From positions 22,985,432 through 23,049,431 of the forward strand of contig NC_092679.1 of assembly GCF_964355755.1 (NCBI RefSeq): 64,000 nucleotides of DNA, read 5' to 3'. Position 1 is the first letter of the stretch. Each line of letters starts with the position of its first letter. The translations under genes and the position numbers were made by a program. This DNA is from Antedon mediterranea. Taxonomy: Eukaryota; Animalia; Echinodermata. Positions 23,524-37,300 of the stretch are shown in pieces. The notes beneath the pieces were generated by a model, which worked only from the letters and a program-made list of their open reading frames with translations, was not told the DNA's origin and did no database searches.

Positions 23524-25086
23524 TCAAAATTCAAAGTAATGCGTATATGGTCCATTAGTTACAGTAGAAAATACTTGCCGATTTCCATAAGTCCCATTTC
23601 TAACCACACAACTAGCTTCGGTATATTTTGTACTCTTCTCCATTAACTCATTACACATTTGTACAAATTCTGTATAAAGTTCACGTCCAATGCCTTTTTC
23701 TATGTTACAATGATATTGCATCATTTTACCTTTCACCTTTCCCCCTAAAGTTGCTTGTGGGATTATGAGAACACTTCCCGGCAAATCGAGAATAGAGACA
23801 TTTTTTTCTTTCGTTTCACTTAGCTTTACATTCATCACCATTAATGCTAAAAGAAAATAAATACAAACTATATATAAATACAACTTGGTTGTCCTGCCAT
23901 TAAATAGCAATTTTTTGTTTTACAATGCTCGTCTTGACTACATGCAAGCAAAAAGATTTGTCTATGCTTGCTCATATATTTCTAAGGTTGCACTTGCGTT
24001 TTACTCTCGCATGCGGCCGGCCGCATCATGAAAATGAAAAGCTACCGTAGAACCTTGGACACCTATTCAGGGGAACACTTTTCCGTGGAACAAGAGGAAA
24101 CGTAGGTTTTTACTAGGGTAGGTCATCCACTATTCAGAGGGCACTTCATTTGGTACCGAAGATGTCATATAGATGTTCTACTGTTATATTATACTAATTA
24201 TACTACACCTCTTCAGCACCAGGTTTTCTACACCAAATACATATTGCATTATTGGTTTAAATTTTTGCAATGTTTTTTATGTATTTTTGTTAAAAACTTA
24301 CCCATCTTTTTGACTGTTTCACTAGTTGCTCCTTTTAAAAAGCAAACATAGACGACACATCCTTCACCAATCTGTTGAAAAAATTGTATCATAGAATTAA
24401 TTCAAGTTAAGAGTTGCTTGCACCAAAAAAAGTAATTAAAATCAATTGTGTTGATATGTTAGATCTACGGTTGAGCACTAGGGTGCTTTTTGCCTCCTTG
24501 ACAGATAAAATGTATATGAACTTAGCCCATAAAAAATAGATAAAAAGAAAAAGCAGAGGAAGCAACAAAGAGATGTACATGTTCGAGTATTTAATTTGAC
24601 CAATAACAAGCAACAACATCTAAAAACTGTGATGTTTATGGTCAAATCATATGTGTTCTGTACTATATGCTTGCTTTGCATCTTCGCACCAGATCATCCT
24701 GCCATCTTAATGGTGGTGACCACAGAGGTTGCGCATGCATAGAGTTTTCCAAGTGGAGAATTTTAGTCCAGACCTATTAACAATACACTGCAATACGTTA
24801 AAAAAAAAGACTAATTTGGCGCTAGTTCCGTTTCGCACCTGTCGTTTATTTCGACTCAAAATTGGTTAAGTAACTTTATCGCGAGTACCACACCTTAGAA
24901 ACGCCCTAAATTTTGGTAAACAATTATTTAATTGGACTGGTATTCATTTTGTGCTATACTAACTTCAACCCATTCCGCATCATTTTCATCGGTTGGTGGT
25001 TTTATTTGTAGTCTTGCTGATAAACATCTTTGTATTATAATTCTGGAATTTGGCGTTAAATTACTGCTATCACTACTGGATGTCAT
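23524..25086 (-). CDS. DTD2: D-aminoacyl-tRNA deacylase 2 / Animalia-specific tRNA deacylase (ATD), 3 exons, 171 aa
   Basis: Exons 24964-25086 ([20 protein letters not shown]), 24302-24371 (VYVCFLKGA) and 23524-23846 with ATD signatures PQATL and TNGPYTH and the GTYGNRQ motif. Splice phases consistent. Confidence 0.95.
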
Positions 25087-25322
25087 CGTTGATAAAGATT
25101 GGAGGTTATTTTTTCCGCTTCATTGAATACGGTAAAATCCAGAAGGGCGAACACACGTTAAGGCGAGATAATTTTTGTTAATGTACATCACATCTTCGTA
25201 CTCCTCGAAGTGTCGTACTAGTGTGAGTAAGTGAAAAATTAGGGTGCGATGATCTACCCGCCGCACGGCGGTGCATGTAATGTTTTGATTTAGGCCTAAA
25301 ATTGGAGAGAAAAACACCAAAA
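25087..25322. promoter_or_regulatory. Putative bidirectional promoter between DTD2 and XPO5 (236 bp)
   Basis: Divergent ATGs at 25086 (-) and 25323 (+); locally CpG-enriched. Confidence 0.6.
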
Positions 25323-28300
25323 ATGTGCGCTTTACATCTGGATAGTACTGTCCAGAAGCTCATACATAGTGTAAACATTACAATGGATCCATCTGCTTCA
25401 CACCAGCAGCGTACAGAAGCTTATCATGTAAGTTTTGTGTAGGCCTAAACTATTCATATGCCACTCCAGGGTCGGTAGCTAAAAATCCCGCGTATAGGAA
25501 GCTGGTTTGAGAGAGATATCACGTATTATTTGTAGGCCTAGAGCGTGTGGGATTTCCCAGTTTGTGTGGTTTTTTTTTATAAATAGGTTTCAACTTATAT
25601 TATATTTATAATAAGTTGGGTGATTCTCATAAATAAATGCAGATGCAGTATGAGTGTACGTCCTAGGTATAGGCTAGCTAGGCCTAACTAGCTAGGCCTA
25701 GCTAGGCTAGGCCTAAATGTTTGTTTTAAAATAAATATAAATGTAGTAGAGAGGCCTAGTACTAGGTAGGTAGGCCTACTAGGCCTAAAAATAGGCCCTA
25801 CTAGGCCTCCTACCTAGAGCCAGGTTCTGATTGGTCAGATAAATATATTCTTTTGCACATAATAATTTGGCTCTAGAGGGCTAGCCTACTCGCAAATACA
25901 TTTTCACACATGTTATTAAATTTTTTTAAATAGATATTTGCGAAAATGTATTTAGCTTTGGTTTAATTAACTTTTGACAAATAATATATGGTTTTTCTTT
26001 CAGTTTTGTGAGGAATTTAAAGAAAGTTCTCCGTTGTGTGTTGAGTGTGGTATGGTACTTGCCAAGACGGTCTACCCTCCAATCATAAGACATTTTGGAC
26101 TGCAAATTCTAGAACATTGTGCCAAGTAAGTTGTCCTTTCATGGTCATGTTTTATACCGTTCACAAAATGTTTCAACAAAAATAATAAACACACTGTCTC
26201 CATAGTACTTTATGTAATGTTATACAATGAATGTTATACAATGAATGTTATACAATGAATGTTATACAATGAATGTTTATAAGGGGAAGAGAGGGGAGTT
26301 ATAATACACTACCTACAGTAGATATCGTATAGACAAGGCAGTTAAAGTACCACACCAAAATTTTGATTATTTTTTTTATAGATTTCGATGGTTAGATATG
26401 AACCCACAACAGAAGGGAATTTTCAAAGAAGCTACAATTTCTCTCATTCAAACTGTAAGTTTAAAATCTTTTCTTTTTTACCAATTACATTTAAAATATG
26501 TCAATTTAACCATACTAGCTGATACTATTGTATGTTTTGTGTTTTTTTTAGGGTGTTAAAGACATTTTATCGGAAGAGATATTCATTAAAGATGGTCTTT
26601 CAAGGATCATGGTTGAAATGATAAAGAAGGAATGGCCACAGCGATGGGAAAGCATGCTAACTGAACTTGATCCTCTTGCAAAAAGTGGAGTAAGTACCGT
26701 ACACTTACCAGAAGATCCAATAAATAATTTTATGCAAATTAAAAAAATACAAATAATTTAATGAATTGAAAGATTAACTGCTGTAAATAAATTTGAATGA
26801 AGGAATATTAACCTGTGTCTGGACTGAATTGAGCAAAGGTGTGGACGACACATACCACAATTTCTACTCCCCTAAGGGTCCCTTCGTGTCGAGTGCTGCC
26901 AAAAAACGGCACTTGTTCGTCTGTCCACAACGACAGGGGCTAAATGGACCAGTACACCTGTGTAACCCCATAATCTTCTGAAAGATGTACTGGGTTCTTT
27001 AAAGCATATAAGCCAGATGTGTACACTGGACCTACGGTTTATAGTCCGAGAAGATTTGTTCTACCACCTGAACAATGCTCGAGGAGTGTCTGTTCTATTT
27101 ACCTTGGCTCCACCTTGTAGAATAGTCAATATTGTATCTATTCAATGTATACAAAACATTCATTGTTGAACAAAAAATGTTATAAAATAATGTTGTTATA
27201 ATAATGTATGTGTACATTCCCAAGCCTGAATATGCCATCATTTGTTATTTTTTAGGGAACACAGTGTGAACTGGTGCTTCTAATTTTGTTGCGTTTAGTC
27301 GAAGATGTTGTTGCTTTTCAAAATTTCGACCAAAAACGTCGTAAGGACATTGTGACCGGATTAAACCAAAATATGAAGGAATTGTTAGAGTTTATTTATG
27401 GAATGCTTAAAGTACACTGGGAGATGTATAAACAAGCTGTAAGTAGTCATATAATTATCTTTCTATATTAGAGCTTCCAACTTTGAAATAGTCTTTGTTA
27501 ATAGTATTGTATATTTGTGCATTATTTTCTGTAGAGGAACCCTTCAAATCACCTTTCCTGCTGTAGTGCAGCTGTTAAAACTCTCCGTTCACCCTGAAAT
27601 AAAGTTTAATGAATAATTATACAGTATATATAATTGTTGTTTCAGAAAGCAAATACCAGTGCGAACAGCCCTGAGGTAAGTTGCCATGAAAAAGGAATAG
27701 ATTGAACTACTGCTGTTTCTAAAATTGTCCATCACTGATTAAAATCATCTTATTTATGCATAGTTTATACCATATATGCAGTAAAACCTTGAAAACTGGG
27801 CTTCCTTTTTTCGAAAAGAAGCCTTCCTCTGTGGTTTGAAAAAGTAATCTTGAAAAGAAGCCCATCTCAAAATCAAGCAATGGTCTTCTATTTGAGGTTT
27901 TACGGTATTGTGTTAGGCTTAGTGTTTAAAGCATCTTTTAAAAATTAGCAAACTCCTGTTTTCATTCATATCATCCGAATATAGCTCACCACTTAACCTT
28001 TAACCTTTCAGATGAAAGTAGCATGCAAGCTCACAAATGCAACTCTAGAAACTATCGCTGCGTTTGCGGAATGGGTCACGCTTCCAATGGTTTTCTTGAA
28101 CGATGGCTATCTCTCGCAGACTTTGTATGAACTGGTAATGGAAAAGGAGTTGAGAAATAATGCAGCTGAAATTTTAAGTATTATTTTTAATAGGAAGGTG
28201 AGTAATAATTAAATTTATTAAATTATTGTGATTTATAATTACAATTATATTTGGTATTTGTAATAATTAAAGGGACCATGACAAAATAATTCTACTGCAG

Positions 28301-31300
28301 TAATTGTGCAACCACTGCAGCTATTCATATTTTGCACAGCATCACACTTCATTCATTCAAGTCAGAACTTATAAACCGTTAAAGAGTAAAGAAAATTTAT
28401 TTACTGCAGTATCTTCAGTAGAATAGTTTTGACATGGTCTTGAAAAGGTTACAAAACTGCTTTTCATGATATTTTGGTATTGTGATGGTTAATTGGGCAG
28501 CTTTTGTAGATATATTAAAAATTAATTAAAAACATGTTAATAATCCATCAATTTAAATATAATTTTTCAAATATTGAAGGCTATAGGGCAAGTTTTTGGA
28601 ACATACAGCAATTAATGCAGACAGTTTGAATTCTTTATTTTCTTAGGATCGAGACAAACAGCCTTTAGATTTTATGTTCAGTAAAGCTGCTATGATTGCT
28701 ATACTAAGTGCAGCCCAGTAAGTGCAACAACTTCTTCATTCTTTTATTACTTGTTGGAAAATTTTTTTAAATAAATAAATATACATAATACCATAATATG
28801 CCTATTGATTTAATATCGATTTATGGATTGAAGATTTGAAACGCTTTTAATATAGCATGGATAAACGCCCTCATACAAGCGGATGTATAGAGAGATTATT
28901 ATTATATTAATTATGATAATATTTTTTACAATAAATCTTGAATGGAAAATATTCAATAAGAATCTATTGTATTTGTACATTTACTTCTAAAAAAATTATT
29001 TGACCAACATTTTATTTAAAAAAATGTTTTAATCTTACAGGATGGCAAGTGCAGAGCCAGTTAACGAACAAAATTACATTTTCCTGAAAAAGATTTGTCG
29101 ATGTGTGACAGGCATGGGGTTTCAGATGACTTCTTTATGGGTAAACAATCTTCATTGAAATTTAAAATGGAATAAATTAAATAACTTTGCTGTTTACATT
29201 TGTAAATATCATTTCATTAATTTGTTTCCATTGGAATAGGAGTGTGTCTAAGGACGGACCAACTGTAGTATTTTCCTTCTTAAAATATGAAATTATGTTT
29301 AATAAACAGTCAAATAATACAAAGTTAACATACTCTATGTATACTGTAACTTCAATATACTTGAATAACTTTGGTTCATGTTACAATTATTCTACTGTAG
29401 TTACTGCAGTAACTGAATTTTCTGTAATAATGCATTGAATGTAAAGGTTTATGGGACAGTCATTGCAATAAACAGTGTGTATTAAAACTTTCTAAATAAT
29501 TTCATCAGGTTATGAAGTAAAGATAATGTAGTTACTGCATTAACTGAAGTAGAATAATTTTTGACTCTAAATATTTTAACAAAAAGCCATCATATTTTTA
29601 ATAATTAAATAATACTTTTATTATTATTATATCAATATTTATAATATATTTTTTGAATTTGAATAATACTTTTAATGAGTGCTAGCTTGTTAAGTCTTGC
29701 AATTCAATTACAGGTTGCTTACTATGAGATCTTGTTTTAATTTGGACTCAGTTGCTGCTTTTATAATAGGTACAAAAAAATATGAATACTTATAAACTCA
29801 GAGTTTTTGGGAAATAAACAACACACAATATATAATGAAATATTCTAGGATGTGAGCAGGGATTATTGTCTGGTTGTTAACATTCATGCAGTAGTTTTCC
29901 AGATAAAAAGAAATGTACAAAATATACAATATTAAAAATTATTTTTGTGTTAAAGCCTGAATATCACTTTGACGCAATGCAATGGGGTATTGTGCACTGC
30001 AAGTAATTTTGCCAATTACAAAAAGTGATGGATCATCTGAATTGGTGCTTGTGATTGGTCAACTCAATTGCATTGCGCCTACGTCATGTTGCATCAAACT
30101 TGCCAAGTAGGACTTCTCTCATGTACTAAATTATAATTTTGGTTTATTTGCAAAACCTCTGAGCTTTATAAGTGATCAGATAATCATTTTTTCAGTGATA
30201 TTAAATTTTTTTTTTGCGATTCTAATTTGACTAGGAGACGAGTGAAGCTGAAGGGGAGCCCAAAAAACCCGAAAACTTCACGGAGTATCTGAGAGCTCTG
30301 ATGGCATTCACTAGCCACGCTAGTGTACATCTGAGTCAGATGACTCTGGCCACGTGGTCTTTGTTCTTCCGTACTCCGATCATTGCGGAGGATCCAGGTC
30401 TAGTTGAGGTCCTGCCAATTTTTCTGAAGGTCGTTACTGTTCAGGCTCAGAAGGTAGGCAAAAGTCTGCGTCTTGAGCCCCTACAGAGCCCTAAAATTCA
30501 CCTTAGGGGTAGGGGTTATCTTATATGGGGTCTTAAAGGATGCTAGTAAGCCTATCACCCATCATGTTTTTATTTAGTAAATATTCATTTAATTGAGGAG
30601 TTACAGACAGTGTAATAAGTTGCGAGTGTGTATTTGCCAAAAAAAAGTGAAAGTAACCATCCCCTAATAAATAATTAAGACATTATGGATGGATAGTGAA
30701 AGTAGGATAGCATATTTGGAGTGGCTTTATGTTTATTATAATTAATTTACAAAATGTATATATTCATGTATAATTGATGTATTTGTTAATACAAGGTGGG
30801 AGACCCATCATTGTTGCCATCTCCTAAAGCAGAATACTTCCAAATGGATTTTGATTCAGAGGATGAGTTCATTTCATTTTTTGCAAGTAAGTACTGTATT
30901 ACAATAGGTCTTGCCAAAACTAAACTTCAAACTTTTGATTTTGATTGGTTGTTATGCATCCACACCACACAAAAGGTGTACTTGTTTAGGGCTAGTTTAT
31001 CAAAGTATAATGCAATTAATGAGGACCTAACCAGCTCTATTTTAAAACATTTTCTTAGCTCAGCCCCAACCATGGTAAGACATGGTCATGGGTGCTTATA
31101 CATTTTGTTTCTATTTTTCCACATTTACAATTTTTGCCCCAGCCTACACCTGACCTACTCAACATTTGTATAGTAAACCTGTGTCAGTCCTGTAGAGTGT
31201 TGTTCATATGCATAATACTAATGCTCAAAATACTTATCTCCATAAGTGAAAAAGTTAGTTTTAATTGATCAAATCATTATTTTATTGTGTTTACTTCAGC

Positions 31301-34300
31301 ATATCGTTCACTGTTCTTGGAGTTGGTTAGGTATGTTAATGGTCTGCAGCCACTGCTTACGTTCCAAGTTGCGGAGGCATGGCTTAAGCAGACACTGGCT
31401 GAACCACTCAGATATGAACCAGGTAGGTCAAACTGAACACATTCTTGAACGTTTACATCATGATTTGAATCACATTCCAAGGATTTTGGTTAAATACTAG
31501 GTTAAATCCTAAAATGTTTGTATATACTGTACTGTAAATTTATCTACATTAATGTTCTCTTTAAAACTTGTTTTCCCAAGTCCTACAATTAACACTGTAA
31601 CAGCCACACCCTCTATTAAATAGGACACAATTGGATCAACACATAATATAGCAACTATACTTTAAACATTTCCTTTAAGCTCTGTCTACACTATCAAACT
31701 AGTTTGACAAAAAAAGTGTGATGTGCCCAAATATGGTAGTGATAAGACATTTTGTTGTCACAAAGTTTATATAGCGTAGACAGAGCTTAAGATGGACATA
31801 CAGACGTAGAATCCCTCTTTTGGAACACCTGTACTCGGGGGGACATTGGATCCCTCTCGAAATATAATACAGCGACTATATCATTATTTTGTTAAATATC
31901 TACACTTTAGGGAAAACTGTCATTACTAACAACAGTCCATCGTTGTTACAATGGGATGCGTTAACAACGTTCATGGAGAGTGCTGTTCCACGTACTCTAA
32001 GAGGCGTGAATCCTCCGATTCAAGAGGGCGAAGAGCTACTGAAACAAGTTATTATTTATCAGACTACAGTAAGTGGAAAGTTTATTAGATTTAAAAAACT
32101 TTTTCTACTGTGAAGAGCCTTGAATCTGTGTCAATTTTGTGGATATAGCTTGCAGGTGCCTTAAACACTCAGCCATGACAATTTGGTACCATTCAAAATA
32201 ATTGAACTTAAGCTCTGTCTACACCATCAAACTTTTTGTGACCAAAAAAATGTGATGTGAACACGATGATGTCATATCACTACCATATTTGGGCATATAA
32301 CACTTGTTTTGTTTATCAAACTAGTTTGATAGTGTAGACAGAGCTTAACAATTTCTATTCAAATGCTCACATCACACTTTTTTTGTTAAACTAGTTTGAT
32401 AGTGTAGACAGAGCTTAACAATTTCTATTCAAATGCTCATATACACTCATTTTAATTCTTCTTATAGGATCCAATGATAGCATCGTGTGTCCTAAGCTGT
32501 GTGTCTACTCTGTTCCCAACCATAAGATATTCTCCACATTTTCTTGGACCTATTCTTGACAAGGTAAGTTGGAGAACTTGATTCAAGTTTTTAAAGACAC
32601 TTTCCATGCAATTTTTGTGTTTTGTAAAAAGGATACACATATATATATTACTTTAAAAACACTAAACCAGGTCATTCCTTTGTACGTTTTATGGTTAATT
32701 ATATGATAGATAGAGAAAAACAATGGACTACCTACGTAGTTTATGTCGAATGCCCTCTTGTCGACGGGGCTTAGGCCTAGTCTTTTTATGCTTAGTTTTG
32801 TAGAGTATGATTTGACATAACAATGTTACATTTTTCTTACAGTTATTTGCAGGAGTAACTTTCTCTGTACCCGGCCAGTCTAAGGTATGTTTGTGAAAAA
32901 CCTAGTTTTATTTAATCAAAAAATCATGTGACAAACCTAGGTCTTGATAAATCATATAACCTTTGACATATCTGGTTGAATGATTTTTAAGGAAACTGAA
33001 TATTAAAAAAAAGCCTTCAAAACAAACAAATTTACCAAAACAAAATGAACTGTGTGATAAACAGGTTATGGTTTTACTAACCTTTCTGTTAATAATATAC
33101 AATTTCACCTTTGACCTATCTATATATTTAATAATAATTTTGATATGCTGCATATTTTTCTCTCAGAAGACTAGAACACGTTCAGTCCAGAATGTACGGA
33201 GGCATGCTTGTTCTGCGTTGATAAAGATGTGTCGCGATAATCCTGAGCTCGTCATGGTAAGATGAATCAGGTTTAACTTACGAGTATGCTGTTTACAGGA
33301 TGAACTCTGACCCTTGGCACTAAAAGAACCATTTGCAGTACATACTATTAATGACTTCTTACACCTAGTTATTAGGAATCGAACACTATGGATGTATGGA
33401 AGGCAAAAAGTGACCAACTTTACTTTATAAACCAATATGAATAAACTAAAAGAAAAAATGAAAAAATACATTACACAGTTCAAAGCCTCTTGTGCAGAAA
33501 TTTAAGAACTATGCATTATAATATGTTTTGTGTGATTTTTTAAACTTTAGCCTGAATTTAACAAGATATATACTGCCACGAAAAGGTTGAGTGCTGACCC
33601 GAACCAGTTGACCCAACTTGAGAAAGTCGCCCTCTATGAGGCTTTGATACTTCTTAGCAACCAGTTCAACGATTACAGAAAGCAGAGAGATTTCCTCGCA
33701 ACCATCTTAGAACCAGTTGCTACTGTATGGAATTCTCAAGAAGTTACATTGTAAGGACAATTACATTTGTTGTATTTGCTTAAGAACTTTCGTAGTCAGC
33801 ATATAGATTCGTTGACTACTTTTTGTATTCGAATAGTAAATTTTAAATGGATTGTGCTCAGCAGAAAATCATTCAAATAGAAAACACATAATACCATATT
33901 AGATATCATCTTCTAAAACCACATGCATTTAATTTGATGGTTATTATTATTTTTTAGGGGAATTTCAACTCCAGAAAATTTCGTTGAATTTGTAGGCCTC
34001 ACTAAATATGACGAACAGGACCCAAAGGGAGTGAACAGGGCCAACATCATTGGGTCTGTGCAGACAATTGTTGCAGTAACTAAACGATGCACCTGGCCTG
34101 AAAATGAAGAGGTACTGTATATTGTAATTTAAAGCAATACATTAACACAAGAAAATGATGATATTGTTATGTTTAAATAAAGTTTGCAGAACACCACATT
34201 ATTTATGAATTTTTGAGTTTCTCAATCAATATACTGCGATTGTCGAGTGGAGTGCATACCCTTGTTATATGCATAAGTGGTATTTAGACTTACAGAACCT

Positions 34301-37300
34301 ATTTTTACTTGTTGTTTTTTTTTTTTTTCAAATATTTTGTTTTTTTTGTAGGAGGCCATGGCGGGAGGTTTTATCCAGGGTACGATGGAGAATGGGAAAC
34401 CAATCTATAGAAGCGCTTGTGCTCCTCTCATTGCACAACTGCTAAACAATGTTTTAATTTTAACAAGGTAAATTTTAAATTTATTATTAGCTTTCTGGTT
34501 TTCGTGGTTCAAATTCCACCATGTCAGAATTTTTTCTCATGACAAAATCAACTAATAATTGCTTCCAAATATTTGATTTCACTCGTGGAGAGCAAACTGT
34601 GCCTAGGTTGTCTTAGGCTATTGTTTTGCAGACAAACAATGATCTTACAGGCAATGAAGCATAATGGGAGGTTAAATGAATAGCTGCTACACAGCAACAA
34701 GACGGTGCCTTACAGAATGTTGTGTTATTAATGTGCATTTGTATATATTTAGGACAATGAATGCAATATGGTCAAGGGATGTACAGTCCAAGGTAGACCC
34801 AGCCTTTAAACAAGCCTATGAGATGATGGAATGTGACCGGCTAGCACTACTTGGTAATCTATTTATAGACTTTATTTTTCAGCATTTTGTTTTTGCGTTT
34901 CTACCATGATCGTAATTATTTATATAGTCGATTATTAATGGTTCTCATCTTGTTGAAATCACTTCCCATTGAGGAGTCCACCCTCTAGCCAATCTTATAA
35001 ACTCTTTGGCTAACACCAAGCTACAGCTACAGTTGAATTCTATTGGTTTATTTCTACTTTCAGGTTCATTTTCAATGATAAGCTCTTGTGATTCACAAAC
35101 ACTAAAAACATTACCTGATAAGCTACAGAGCTTTCTAACTATGCTTCATGACCTCTGGTAAGTAAAGGCTAAAGTGTCTAGGAACTAAAGACTATATTTA
35201 TAATAGAGTACACTGAGTTGGGAAATGTTTCAAGGTCAAGGTTTAAATCTTTTACTTAGTATTTGTCATTGAACAATGCATTTTATGAGCCTTCGATCTT
35301 CCCCCTTCAGGAAAAAAGTGGTTACTTGGGGCATTATCAGTTTTTTCCTCATATTTTATTTTTATTTTATTTTATTCATACTCATTCAACAGCGGGAAAC
35401 CCGCCCCTATCAAACCATAATCTTACTATTTTATGCAAATGATGTACTAAATAAAATAATAGTATGTTTTGTTTTTATTATTTTCTAGTTATCACACATT
35501 AGCTGGCGCCAGTACTTGCCTTGGTTATGAATTTTATGCAACACCAAACCTTGCAAAACAACTCCTGTCAACTACATTCACAAGCCTTCATCTATTACCT
35601 AACCACAAGCTTAGGCCAATCATTCATATCCTTTGTATAGATTTTCACAATTTAACACTACCCAACTTCCCACAGACTGGCCGCGCACAGGGGACTGCGC
35701 TTGGCTTAGAACTCCTAAGGGGCCCTCCAATGCTAGGCAATTGGACTGAGGCTGCTCATGCTCTCAGGTCCCTTTAAGCTATGGGGCCAGTGAATGCTCG
35801 TAGCCATTTTATCACTGATTATTGTTGTTATATTTTTAAAAATTAATCTACCACAAAAATATTATATTTTCTTAACAATTATTTACGTGTTTTTCTGAAA
35901 TTGTTTGTCCTTTATTGCCCGCTGGAATTCTATTTCTCTCTCTTGATTCCGATCTTTAGAGGGTTTTGCGAATATATGCTGATACGACTTGGTCAGTGTT
36001 GGGAAGAAGTGCATGAGAAGACTGCTACTAAGTTTGTATTTTAAAAATTTGTTTTAATATTATAGTTTACTATCTGTTTTGAACAATACTATAAAATAAA
36101 TAAACTAATACTAAAAATCAAATGGAGGTCATTGAAATTTTAGGAATAAAAGTTTCATTATTTTAGAAATGAACATTTGGTTAATTATTATTTAGCCAAA
36201 TGCAATGTAAATGTATATATAGTGTTAGGAAATATTAATGCTTGCTCTTGTCTAGTTGAAAATTAGTTAAAATCACTGGTTTATATCATTGAATTAAACT
36301 CACTATTCAAGATAGTTACTAAAAACTAAAGTTAATTTCATATTAATTATTTCAGTTCTGATAGTGATGAACCAGAGAAGGAGGTTTTAGAGGATCAAGT
36401 TGTGAAACATGTAACCAAAGATTATCTTGACTTCTTGCGTACGTTTGACACAATATAATTATTTAATTTTCTTTAAAACACTTTTTCTGAATTAAATGGT
36501 TGATATGAACCAAACCGATTCAAGTTGGTGTCTATTTTACTGTCCTGTTTTTGTACCATTGCACAAACATTGGTTTGGAACCAATGGTGCTTGTGCAATG
36601 GTACAAACCAAAATCTCATTTGTTCTTTAGCTCATTATCATGCACAAAAAGATAAACTTTTGTTCTTATTAAATAAATTCTGTCAACAAAATGTATTTAT
36701 ACCATTTGTCTATTATTTGTTTCAACAAAAAAGTAATAATTTTCCAGTTAACTTTTGTTCTTGTTTTGTATATACAGGAAATGTGTTTCGAATACGAGAT
36801 CAAGCTTTAAAGAAAAATAGTGGTAATGATGAGATGGAAACAGAAGCGAAACCAGAAAAGTTAGAACCTGGTGAAAAGACTTCAGAATTTTTTTCACTTA
36901 GTGACCTAGGAAAAGCCATAGTTAAAACTGAGGTATTTCAGATTGTAAAATATTAATGTAGTTATAATTGTACTTAAGCTAATCTTGAAATTCAGATTAC
37001 GCCCACTGCAGACCCATAAATGATCCCCTACTCTTTTTACCACTACAGCCTACCCCTAATTACGGGACACTCCTATTAAGAGGGTGCTTTTCCATAAAAT
37101 GCAGACCCATAAATGATCCCTACTCTTTTTACCACTACAGCCTACCCCTAATTACGGGACACTCCTATTATCGGGGTGCTTTTCCATAAAATGAACTAGA
37201 AGAAATGTATGTTCTACCCAGTGGCGTAACATAGAGACCTATGGCCCCTGGTTTAGGAACCCTAACTGGCCCTCCAACGCTGGAGCTATTGGCCGTTTAA

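Noticed and set aside
25660-25830. TAGGCCTA/TAGCTA palindromic cluster in XPO5 intron 1
   Set aside because: Low-complexity simple repeat; the AGGCCT motif is scattered through the window and there is no evidence of specific function.
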